From an uncultured archaeon (GTDB lineage Archaea > Iainarchaeota > Iainarchaeia > Iainarchaeales > 1-14-0-10-31-34): DNA of 64,000 nucleotides. The stretch spans positions 192,001 to 256,000 of the forward strand of contig CAZSOZ010000001.1 of assembly GCA_964608675.1 (NCBI GenBank), read 5' to 3'. The first letter of the stretch is position 1, and every line of letters begins with the position of its first letter. Below, piece by piece: positions 29,587 to 37,300 of this stretch. A program made the position numbers and the translations under genes. The notes under the pieces are model-generated. The model saw only the letters and a program-made list of their open reading frames with translations, was not told the origin of the DNA and did no database searches.

Positions 29587-30042
29587 ATGAAAATAGAATC
29601 CAAAAATTTTTCTGATACTGAATTTATTCCCCAAAGATTTTCTTGTGAGGGAGAAGACATTAACCCTGAATTAAAGATTTCAGGTATTCCTGAAAAAACA
29701 AAAGCCTTGGCTTTGATTGTTGATGACCCAGATGCTCCTTCAGGAATATTCAACCACTGGATTTTATGGAATATTCCAGTTAAAGAAAGAGAAAAAATAA
29801 TTGAAGAAAATTCGGTTCCAGGGCTGAGAGGAATGAACGGCTTTGGAAAATTGGATTACGGCGGGCCGTGCCCGCCAAGCGGAACACACAGATATTATTT
29901 TAGAGTTTATGCATTAAAAGAAAAATTAGATTTAGGGGAAGGAAATTCAAGACAAGAATTAAAGAAAGCAATGCAGGAAAAAATAATTGAACAATCAGAG
30001 TTAATGGGAAAATATCAAAAAAAAAACAATAAAATTAAATAA
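29587..30042 (+). CDS. YbhB/YbcL (PEBP) family protein
   Basis: DDPDAP..F.HW and GPCPPSGTHRYYF motifs. Confidence 0.92.
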   Translation: MKIESKNFSDTEFIPQRFSCEGEDINPELKISGIPEKTKALALIVDDPDAPSGIFNHWILWNIPVKEREKIIEENSVPGLRGMNGFGKLDYGGPCPPSGTHRYYFRVYALKEKLDLGEGNSRQELKKAMQEKIIEQSELMGKYQKKNNKIK

Positions 30043-30134
30043 AAAAAACAAAAATTACTAAAATTATTGAATTTTCACAAAAAAATCAATTAAAAGCTTT
30101 AAATTAAAAAAATTCCTTATTTAATTGATTAAAA

Positions 30135-30359
30135 ATGCCGTACAAAAAAACAAATGAATTGCCTGAAAGCATCAAAAGTAATCTTCCAAAAGAAGCACAA
30201 AAAATCTTTAAGGAAGCATACAATAATGCATGGAAGGAATACAAAGACCCAAAAAAAAGACAGGGAAACACTTCAAGAGAAGGGGCATCAAGAAGAGTTG
30301 CATGGAGTGCAGTCAAAAAAAAATACAAAAAAAGCAAAGGAAAATGGGTAAAAAAATAG
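30135..30359 (+). CDS. ChaB family protein
   Basis: MPY...ELPESIK.NLPKEAQ.IF..AYN.AW...A.RVAWSAVKKKY.K..GKW. Confidence 0.9.
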   Translation: MPYKKTNELPESIKSNLPKEAQKIFKEAYNNAWKEYKDPKKRQGNTSREGASRRVAWSAVKKKYKKSKGKWVKK

Positions 30360-30422
30360 TGTTTTTTAATATTAATTAACGAAAAAACAAATCTTTATAT
30401 ACATCTAGTGAGTATTTTTTTC

Positions 30423-31058
30423 ATGCCAAGAAGAAGAAGGCCAAAGCCCGCAGGCAAAAACATCAAAGTTGAACAAAAAAAACAAAAAGAAATAAAATCA
30501 ATGTTAAAAAAACAAAAAGAAAAGAACAAAGATTATCTTTCAACTGTATTAAAAAAAACAATCCAGGGCTCAGAAAAAAAAGAAGGAAGAAATGCCGCAG
30601 CCCATTTAGGAGTAAAACCAAAAAGCAATGCTCCAAGAATAAAAAAATATCCAAAATTAACGCTGTTTAAACCGGTTCGCCTGCCTTCAGGCAATTATGT
30701 GGTTTCATTAAAAGCTAATTTGAAGGCGGTGACTCCTGAAAAATTAACCGGAAAAAAAATTCATTTTCCATGGGGAATTGTAAAAAAAAGTGTAAAACCA
30801 AAAAGAAAGAGCGTTGAATTATGGGAACAAAAAAACATTACTTTGCAGGTTGAATATAATCCAAATAAAATGCCTTCAAGGAAAGGAAAAGGAAAAATTC
30901 ATATTCAAATAGCCGGGGGATCATCCAAAGTAGGCTTAACAAAAAAAGACAAATGGCGTTTTATTGAATTATTGAAAAGAATTCATAAAGGAGAAAAACC
31001 AAAACAAACAGAAACCTTCAAAGTAACACTTGCAAAAGCATATACTGAAGTTATATAA
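30423..31058 (+). CDS. Basic hypothetical protein
   Basis: Long ORF starting MPRRRRPKP; no family recognised. Confidence 0.55.
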   Translation: MPRRRRPKPAGKNIKVEQKKQKEIKSMLKKQKEKNKDYLSTVLKKTIQGSEKKEGRNAAAHLGVKPKSNAPRIKKYPKLTLFKPVRLPSGNYVVSLKANLKAVTPEKLTGKKIHFPWGIVKKSVKPKRKSVELWEQKNITLQVEYNPNKMPSRKGKGKIHIQIAGGSSKVGLTKKDKWRFIELLKRIHKGEKPKQTETFKVTLAKAYTEVI

Positions 31059-31177
31059 TTCTAACACAGTGTTTTTTATTTCTAACTCAAGGGCGTGGAA
31101 ATGTATGAAGAAAATTTGATTCTGGCATTGCTTTTGTGGCTTTGGTTTTTAAGGTTTGTTGGAAAAGGAGGCGTTGA

Positions 31178-31372
31178 ATGAAAAACAGAATCAAAGAATT
31201 TCGAGCAAAATACAATTTAACTTAGGAACAGCTGGCTAAAATAGTTAAAGTTCGAAGAGAAACTATTGTTTTTCTTGAACAAGGGAAATACAATCCTTTG
31301 CTTAAACTGGCTCACGATATAGCAAAAATTTTTAATGAGCCAATTGAAAAAATTTTTGAATTTGAAGAGTAA
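31178..31372 (+). pseudogene. XRE-family HTH regulator with an in-frame TAG
   Basis: [63 protein letters not shown]; TAG at 31223-31225 where LTQ is conserved; GGAGG RBS. Confidence 0.85.
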
Positions 31373-32546
31373 ATTTTTAGGAGTTCATTTCTACAGTTTT
31401 CGCCAAATAGTTTTTTTTTCGTCTATTGTTTGGATTTTAGATGATTCTTCATAGTTTGAATGCTGTCTTCTGGTTTAATGTTTTTGTTTGATATTTTGAT
31501 TGGACAGTCTTATTTATTTGAAAAACCAAGTTTTATACATAACTTAGAATCCTGTTCGTCTTATTCAATGGTTCTGTTGATTAAGCCTTCCAAAAGATTT
31601 ATCTGAATCAGCATAAAAAGCATGAAAAAAAGGGGAAACCAAGAATTCCGCTGAATATCTTGTGTATTGGCTTGATTTTGGCTGAAAATAGCTTAAATAT
31701 GGCTCATTTTTATTAGACATAACCCGTATAAGACACATTATACGTGTTTTCCTAGAGGGGACTTAATCAAAAAACGCGAAAAATCAGCTTTACTGGAAGC
31801 AAGGAGGGTACAGACAGGAAAATAAGCATCGGCAGATTAAGAGTTATGTATACAAATTGAGGCAAATTTAATACAGCTCAAAAAACATTAGCAAAATAGC
31901 TTTTCAGATAAAAAACTTCTCAAAATTAAAAAATTTCATAAAAAATTTTTATAAAAAAAAATTAAAATAAAATATTCTTTTCTTTTCACACAAATTCAAA
32001 AAAATCAGAAAACACAGGAAAAAAAAACAAAAAAAAGAAAAAAAGCTTTTTTGGGGCTTTTTAGTTAATTTAGTTCATACGAAGCAGACATTTTCTAAAG
32101 TTTTTTGCTTAATTCTTTAAATTCATAAAAAATATTGCTTTTTTTTAACCTTTTTTAATTTTTTTTTAGTTATTTGGTTTAATTAAGCTTTTTTAGGCAG
32201 TCAAATGCGTTTTTGGCTTGTTTTTTGGTTCTTTTGCTTTCCAGCAGGTTTATAACCCCCAACAACAAATAATTATGTATAATTTTGCTACATAACTATC
32301 GGGCTTTTGGGGTTTTTATTCTCTTTTCCGTGTTCTTTTCTGCTTTTTTTTTACTTATTTTGGGGTTTGATATTGATTTTGATTGTGGTTGAGGGTTGAA
32401 TGTTGGAACACGCAAATGCGGGATATGGAGTATTTTCTTTTTGCAAGGAAAAAAATTTGGGGCTGTTCTAATGGAAAATGCTAATGGATTCAAATAAAGG
32501 GTTTTTTTTAGTTAAATTAAAACAAGTTTATAAACAGTTATGTATA
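31373..32546. other. Large non-coding hub with inverted TATACATAACT motifs and an A-to-T strand switch (candidate origin/terminus)
   Basis: No credible ORF; motif or variants at 31534(+), 31714(+), 31842(-), 32273(-), 32289(+) and 32536(-); A-rich to T/G-rich transition at ~32045. Confidence 0.5.
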
Positions 32547-32557
32547 TATTTATTTTT

Positions 32558-33148
32558 ATGTTTGAATTTTTTTTTCAAAAAATTAAATTATTTTTTTTAA
32601 TTTTTATTTTATTTGGATTTATTGGTTCTATTTCTTATTCTAATGTTAATTCAAATGCTTTAGTCTGCGGTGATTCAACCGGAGACGGAAAAGTCAATAT
32701 TGCTGATTTATCTTTTTTGATTAATTATATTTTTTATTCAGGTCCTGTTCCTGAACCTATTGGAATAGCAAATGTTGATAACAGCGGGGAAGTTAATATT
32801 GCTGATGCTTTTTATTTATCCAATTATATTTTTTATTCTGGTCCTGCGCCTAATTGTCCGGTAATTCAGCCAATAATTGTTATTCCTGAAGAAGGCCAAA
32901 CTTTAAGTTCTCCTGTTTATGTTGCTGTTGAAAATCAAGGCATTGCTGATTCTTCTGAAATTAATGCTGTTAAGCTTTATTATTCTCTTGATAATTCAGA
33001 TTGGGTTTATTTGCAGACTGATACTTCTGCGTCTGAGAATTTGTGGGAGTTTTCTGTTGAGCTTGAACCTGGTTTTAAATATATTATGGTTATTATGGAG
33101 TCAACTGAAGCCAGAACTTCTCCTTCTGTCTTAATCGAAGTAATCTGA
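32558..33148 (+). CDS. Secreted dockerin type I domain protein with Ig-like C-terminus
   Basis: Signal/TM; duplicated GDSTGDGKVNIADLSFLINYIF / ANVDNSGEVNIADAFYLSNYIF Ca-binding repeats. Confidence 0.8.
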   Translation: MFEFFFQKIKLFFLIFILFGFIGSISYSNVNSNALVCGDSTGDGKVNIADLSFLINYIFYSGPVPEPIGIANVDNSGEVNIADAFYLSNYIFYSGPAPNCPVIQPIIVIPEEGQTLSSPVYVAVENQGIADSSEINAVKLYYSLDNSDWVYLQTDTSASENLWEFSVELEPGFKYIMVIMESTEARTSPSVLIEVI

Positions 33149-33150
33149 TT

Positions 33151-33630
33151 TTATTTTATTCTTTTTTTGTGAAAATCTTTAATGAATGAATTCATTACAT
33201 TTTTTCTTATGTCTGTAAGGGTTTTTTCATTTGTTTCTTCCATATCTATCATTTTTCCTTTTCTTGTTTGAATTATTATGTTTCCTCCATCGTGGGATAT
33301 TGTAGAGAATTCAACCAGCAAATCAATTCCGTTGTATTTTATTCTTGTTAAATAAGTTTTTTCTGAATAAATTCTTCTGCCTATTTTGCGTTTATAGGTT
33401 TCTATAAATTCTTGGCTTGGCTTGCTTAATTGTTTAATTTCGCCTACTGGGGGAATTATTTTTTCCGAATGTATGTTTCCTGTCCGGCTTGTTATTTTTA
33501 ATCCTGTTTTTTTGAGTGTTTCTTCTTGTTTTTTTCTTTTTTTGTTTGCTTTTGATATTAGTGTTTGAATTTGTCTTAAGGGTTTTGGGGTATTTCTTAA
33601 ATATTTTGGTTTTCTATTGATTTTTTTCAT
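33151..33630 (-). CDS. Basic hypothetical protein
   Basis: Probable start MKKINRKPK at 33630; the longer ORF call overlaps suhB. Confidence 0.5.
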   Translation of the reverse strand: MKKINRKPKYLRNTPKPLRQIQTLISKANKKRKKQEETLKKTGLKITSRTGNIHSEKIIPPVGEIKQLSKPSQEFIETYKRKIGRRIYSEKTYLTRIKYNGIDLLVEFSTISHDGGNIIIQTRKGKMIDMEETNEKTLTDIRKNVMNSFIKDFHKKRIK

Positions 33631-33720
33631 ATAACTAATTTTGTTTTTTTTATTAATAAATTTTTGCGTTTTCTTTTTTTTTGTGCTTGTTTTTAATTTC
33701 TTTTGTTCTTCCTTTATTGC

Positions 33721-34500
33721 ATGAATTATCTTGATACTGCGGTTCTCGCTGCAAAAAAAGCAGGAAAAATTATTTCTTCTCATAGGGGGAAATTTACTGA
33801 TCTTTCAAAAGTTAAATATAAGGGAGAAAGGGATATTGTGACTGAAGTTGATTTTGAAGCAGAAAAAATCATTAAAGAAACAATTCTCAAAAGTTTTCCT
33901 TCTCATGAAATTCTTGCAGAGGAAACTCCAAGAGGTTATGAATTAGCTGACAATCTTTGGGTTGTGGATCCTTTGGACGGCACAGTTAATTTTGCTCACA
34001 ATTACCCTAATTTTTGTGTTTCTATTGCTTTTAAACAGCAGGAGCAGACTCTTGTTGGGGTAATTTTTAATCCGGTTTTGAATGAATTGTTTACTGCTGT
34101 TAAAGGAAAAGGCGCTTTTTTGAATGAAAAAAAAATTTTTGTTTCAAAAAACGCTGATTTAATTCGCATTCTGCTTAACACAGGTTTTTCTTATAATCGC
34201 GGAGAAAAAATGGAGTTTACTTTGAATGCAGTAAGAAGAATGCTTTATAAAATAAAAGACATTCGAAGAAGCGGTTCTGCAGCATTAGATTTAGCTTGTG
34301 TTGCCTGCGGAAGGACTGATGCTTATCTTGAATATCATTTAAAGCCGTGGGATTTATGTGCAGGAGCTTTATTGGTTGAAGAAGCAGGAGGAAAAGTTTC
34401 TGATCCGGCGGGCTCTCAATTAAAGTCCCTTCCAATTGACTGCTTTGCTTCAAACAGCTTAATTCATGAAAAGCTTTTAAAAATAATAAACGAAAAATAA
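33721..34500 (+). CDS. suhB: Inositol monophosphatase (SuhB family)
   Basis: WVVDPLDGTVNF, RRSGSAALD and WDLCAG..LVEEAGG motifs. Confidence 0.92.
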   Translation: MNYLDTAVLAAKKAGKIISSHRGKFTDLSKVKYKGERDIVTEVDFEAEKIIKETILKSFPSHEILAEETPRGYELADNLWVVDPLDGTVNFAHNYPNFCVSIAFKQQEQTLVGVIFNPVLNELFTAVKGKGAFLNEKKIFVSKNADLIRILLNTGFSYNRGEKMEFTLNAVRRMLYKIKDIRRSGSAALDLACVACGRTDAYLEYHLKPWDLCAGALLVEEAGGKVSDPAGSQLKSLPIDCFASNSLIHEKLLKIINEK

Positions 34501-34510
34501 TTATGTATAA

Positions 34511-35119
34511 TTAGAGTTTTATTTCTTCGAATGAGTCCATTGATACGTTTTCTCTTACTCTGTTTTCTTTTATTTTTGTGTCTGATTCAATTACTTTGTC
34601 TGAAAATTGAGCAAATGCTTTCAATAGTTTTGGATCTAATTCTTGTTTTAAGTAAACTAGTATTCCTCCTGTACTGTTTTCTTTTAGTTTTCCTGTTGTA
34701 TGGTGCACGAACTTCAAAACTGATTTTTCATTGTTATAAATCAGTAAAGTGTTGATTGAATCCAGTATTAAATAATCTATTTTTGTTTTTTCCATTAATT
34801 TCAGTATCGCTAAACTGATTTGAGTCAGTGAATTTGGGTTGTCTATGTATTGTGTTTTTTCGTCACTCCAGCTTATTTTTCCTTTTGAAATGCTTTTGCT
34901 TATGCAGTCAATAAAATAAATGTTTTTTTGATTGATTTTTTTTTCTTTTATTTCTTTTTCCAGTGTTTTTTTTGTTTTGTTCACTGAAACAAAACATATT
35001 GATTTCTTTTTTAATGAAATTCCTTTCAGGATATTCATTATTCTTTCCTTATAGTTTTCATCTGGAACAACCAGAATAATGTTTTGAATTTTTTCCAGTT
35101 CTTTAACTATTTTGTTCAT
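34511..35119 (-). CDS. Inactive KaiC/RecA-like ATPase-fold protein
   Basis: FIDCISK, P.SLTQISL.I, LILDSINTLLIYN and FSDKVI motifs; no Walker A. Confidence 0.7.
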   Translation of the reverse strand: MNKIVKELEKIQNIILVVPDENYKERIMNILKGISLKKKSICFVSVNKTKKTLEKEIKEKKINQKNIYFIDCISKSISKGKISWSDEKTQYIDNPNSLTQISLAILKLMEKTKIDYLILDSINTLLIYNNEKSVLKFVHHTTGKLKENSTGGILVYLKQELDPKLLKAFAQFSDKVIESDTKIKENRVRENVSMDSFEEIKL

Positions 35120-35216
35120 GTTATTAATGAATAGTTTAATTCCTTTAAATACTTTTATTTGTTTTGCTTTATTTTACCGCAAAGTATTTTAAACGTTTAT
35201 TTTTAGTTTTTTTATT

Positions 35217-35441
35217 ATGCCTAGAAGAAAAAAGCCTGTTGAAGGCAAAATAATAAATAAAAGAGAGGATAATGTCTGGAGAGAATGGTACAGCAAACTT
35301 ACTCCTGCAGATCACGATAAAATGCTTGCTAAATTAGGTTTAGATGAAGAAGACAGAGAAGAATTTTTTGAGGAATCCAATATAGGGAAACCCCAAACCA
35401 AGCCAAAAACAAAAAGCAAAAAAGGAAAGAAAAAAAAGTAA
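35217..35441 (+). CDS. Small hypothetical protein with basic termini
   Basis: Fills the gap between flanking genes; protein-like core. Confidence 0.55.
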   Translation: MPRRKKPVEGKIINKREDNVWREWYSKLTPADHDKMLAKLGLDEEDREEFFEESNIGKPQTKPKTKSKKGKKKK

Positions 35442-35831
35442 TTATTTTATTTGCAGTTCAACTGTTTTTTTGAATTTTTTTGAAGGATAACTGTAGCCTG
35501 ATTCTTCTATGGTTATTTCTGTTGCAATAACTGCAATTTCTTGTTCTCCTTTTATTGCATAATTTTTTGGAAATACATCAATGTTTATTGTTTTTGTTTC
35601 TCCTGAATTAAGTTTTCCTAATTCTATTTGTTCTTTTTCTGCGTTGGTTTTGTTTAATCCCAGCTGGTTTCCGGCAATTATTTCCAGCCTTACTTTTTTT
35701 TCCTGCGGATAACGGTTAATTACTTCTATATTCATTCTTACAGGTTTTTTCTCCTGTAAGTCAAGTTTGAATGGCACAAAATGCGTGTTAATTGCAATAC
35801 TCAAAATCTTCCCCTCCTTTAAACAAATCAA
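35442..35831 (-). CDS. Hypothetical beta-sandwich (Ig/CARDB-like) protein
   Basis: IEVIN and LGKLNSGETKTINIDVFP pattern. Confidence 0.5.
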   Translation of the reverse strand: MICLKEGKILSIAINTHFVPFKLDLQEKKPVRMNIEVINRYPQEKKVRLEIIAGNQLGLNKTNAEKEQIELGKLNSGETKTINIDVFPKNYAIKGEQEIAVIATEITIEESGYSYPSKKFKKTVELQIK

Positions 35832-35969
35832 GAATCAGTAAAATTATATGACATAAACTTAATTTAAATCTTTATTTTTTTTTGTTTTTTCCAAAAAGAA
35901 TATAAATAAGTAAAAGAATAATCTATTAGAAAAGGAAAAACTATTTTTCCTTGTTTTTTTTGTGGAATT

Positions 35970-36446
35970 ATGTCTGAACTGCCTGAAAGCTCTCTTGTAA
36001 GAAAAACTTTCACAATTAGAACAATGGACTTGCCACCGAACGTAAAATTAACTAAACGTTCAATGCTCCGCTGGTTTGCTTTGGCTTTTGGTTTAATTTC
36101 TGAAAAGGAATCCCGCACAACAGTTCTTGAAGTTCTTGATGCGCTTTTTTATCTTAATCTTTCAAAAAAAGCTAATCCGACTGTTTTGGAAATTCAGGAG
36201 TACCTTAAAAAAAAGCATTTAAAGAAAATTTCTGAAAAATTACTGCGTTATCATTTAAACCGCATGAAGGACACTGATTTGCTTGTCAGAAAGAAGCAAA
36301 TGTATTTATTTAATCCTGCTCCTTTTGCAGAGCGTGATGACTTCAAGGCTTCTTTTAATCATTATATTACAAAGAACATTAATCATACTTTAATGAATTT
36401 AGAGGATGTTTTTTCTCAGCTGGCTGTAAGTTATAAAAAGAAGTAA
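35970..36446 (+). CDS. Putative winged-helix transcription regulator
   Basis: PTVLEIQEYL...ISEKLLRYHLNRMKDTDLLVRKKQMY. Confidence 0.65.
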   Translation: MSELPESSLVRKTFTIRTMDLPPNVKLTKRSMLRWFALAFGLISEKESRTTVLEVLDALFYLNLSKKANPTVLEIQEYLKKKHLKKISEKLLRYHLNRMKDTDLLVRKKQMYLFNPAPFAERDDFKASFNHYITKNINHTLMNLEDVFSQLAVSYKKK

Positions 36447-36463
36447 TCTCTTTTTTTTTTTGT

Positions 36464-37300
36464 ATGGCTTTCAAAAAAATTTCAATTGTTGTTTCAAAAA
36501 CTGATCCAGCAGGCTTAAATATTGCAGAACACTTAATTAAAAAATTTGATTTCAAGCAAACAGAAAAACAATTTAATTTTAATTCAGTTTATTTTTTTTC
36601 TTCAGAAAAAACGTTATTTGAATTGGTTTTCATTAACCAAAAACAGGTTTTTGCTGATTACTTGAATGAATTAGATTCAGATTTAATTGTTTTTGCTTCC
36701 AAGCATTCAAGCAAAACAAAAAAACCTTGTTTAACTGTTCATTCAACAGGAAATTTTTCTAAAGCCGAATTAGGAGGAAAAACTAGAACTCTTTCTTTGG
36801 CATCTTCTTTTGTAATGAAAAATTTTTATTTAAATTTACTAAAAAAAGCCAAAAAAAGAAATTTTTTTCCGGTTTTTTTGGAGCAAACTCATCACGGTCC
36901 ATTTCTTTTAAAACCTTCTGTGTTTATTGAAATTGGCAGTTCGGAGGAAGAATGGCAAAACCAAATTGCAGGAGAAATTTTGGCTGAAACAATAATAAAT
37001 TCTTTTGAAAAATTTAATTCAAATTTTAGCACTGCTGTTGGAGTTGGAGGAACTCATTATTGTCCTGAATTCTCCAAAATAGAGGAAAGAACTCAGATTG
37101 CACTTTCTCACATTCTTTCAAAATATTATGTTGATGAAGTTGATTTGCGTTTGTTCAGGCAAATGCTGGAGAAAACCTTTGAAAAAGTTGATTTGGTTTT
37201 AATTGACTGGAAAGGTTTGACCAGCAGACAAAGAAACAAAATAATTTCTTTTTGCAAAGAACTCAGTCTTGACTGGAAAAAAACAAGGGATTTTTTATAG
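36464..37300 (+). CDS. dtdA: Archaeal D-aminoacyl-tRNA deacylase
   Basis: SKTDPAG.NI, FASKHSS, LTVH.TGN, EQTHHGP, EIGS and GGTHY motifs. Confidence 0.9.
   Translation: MAFKKISIVVSKTDPAGLNIAEHLIKKFDFKQTEKQFNFNSVYFFSSEKTLFELVFINQKQVFADYLNELDSDLIVFASKHSSKTKKPCLTVHSTGNFSKAELGGKTRTLSLASSFVMKNFYLNLLKKAKKRNFFPVFLEQTHHGPFLLKPSVFIEIGSSEEEWQNQIAGEILAETIINSFEKFNSNFSTAVGVGGTHYCPEFSKIEERTQIALSHILSKYYVDEVDLRLFRQMLEKTFEKVDLVLIDWKGLTSRQRNKIISFCKELSLDWKKTRDFL

Noticed and set aside
18740-31372. Provirus or integrative element at tRNA-iMet
   Set aside because: No duplicated tRNA 3' end was seen, and there are no viral, replication or conjugation genes.
31712-31739. Complete 28-bp dif site ATTAGACATAA-CCCGTA-TAAGACACATT
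   Set aside because: Only the left arm is dif-like; the right arm lacks TTAT. No ATAA-N6-TTAT site was found at any motif copy.
32296-32493. 65-aa minus-strand ORF in the hub
   Set aside because: Low-complexity K/P-rich translation of T/G-rich DNA with a non-ATG start and no recognisable domain.
20850-32546. Integron interpretation (xerA as IntI; CATAAC...GTTATG pairs as attC sites)
   Set aside because: The recombinase lacks the IntI-specific insertion, the paired motifs are ~250-310 bp apart (longer than typical attC), and they do not flank each gene.
31373-32546. CRISPR array or structured ncRNA in the large intergenic region
   Set aside because: No regularly spaced 25-40 bp repeats and no extended GC-rich pairing were visible; an Rfam scan would be needed to exclude an ncRNA fully.
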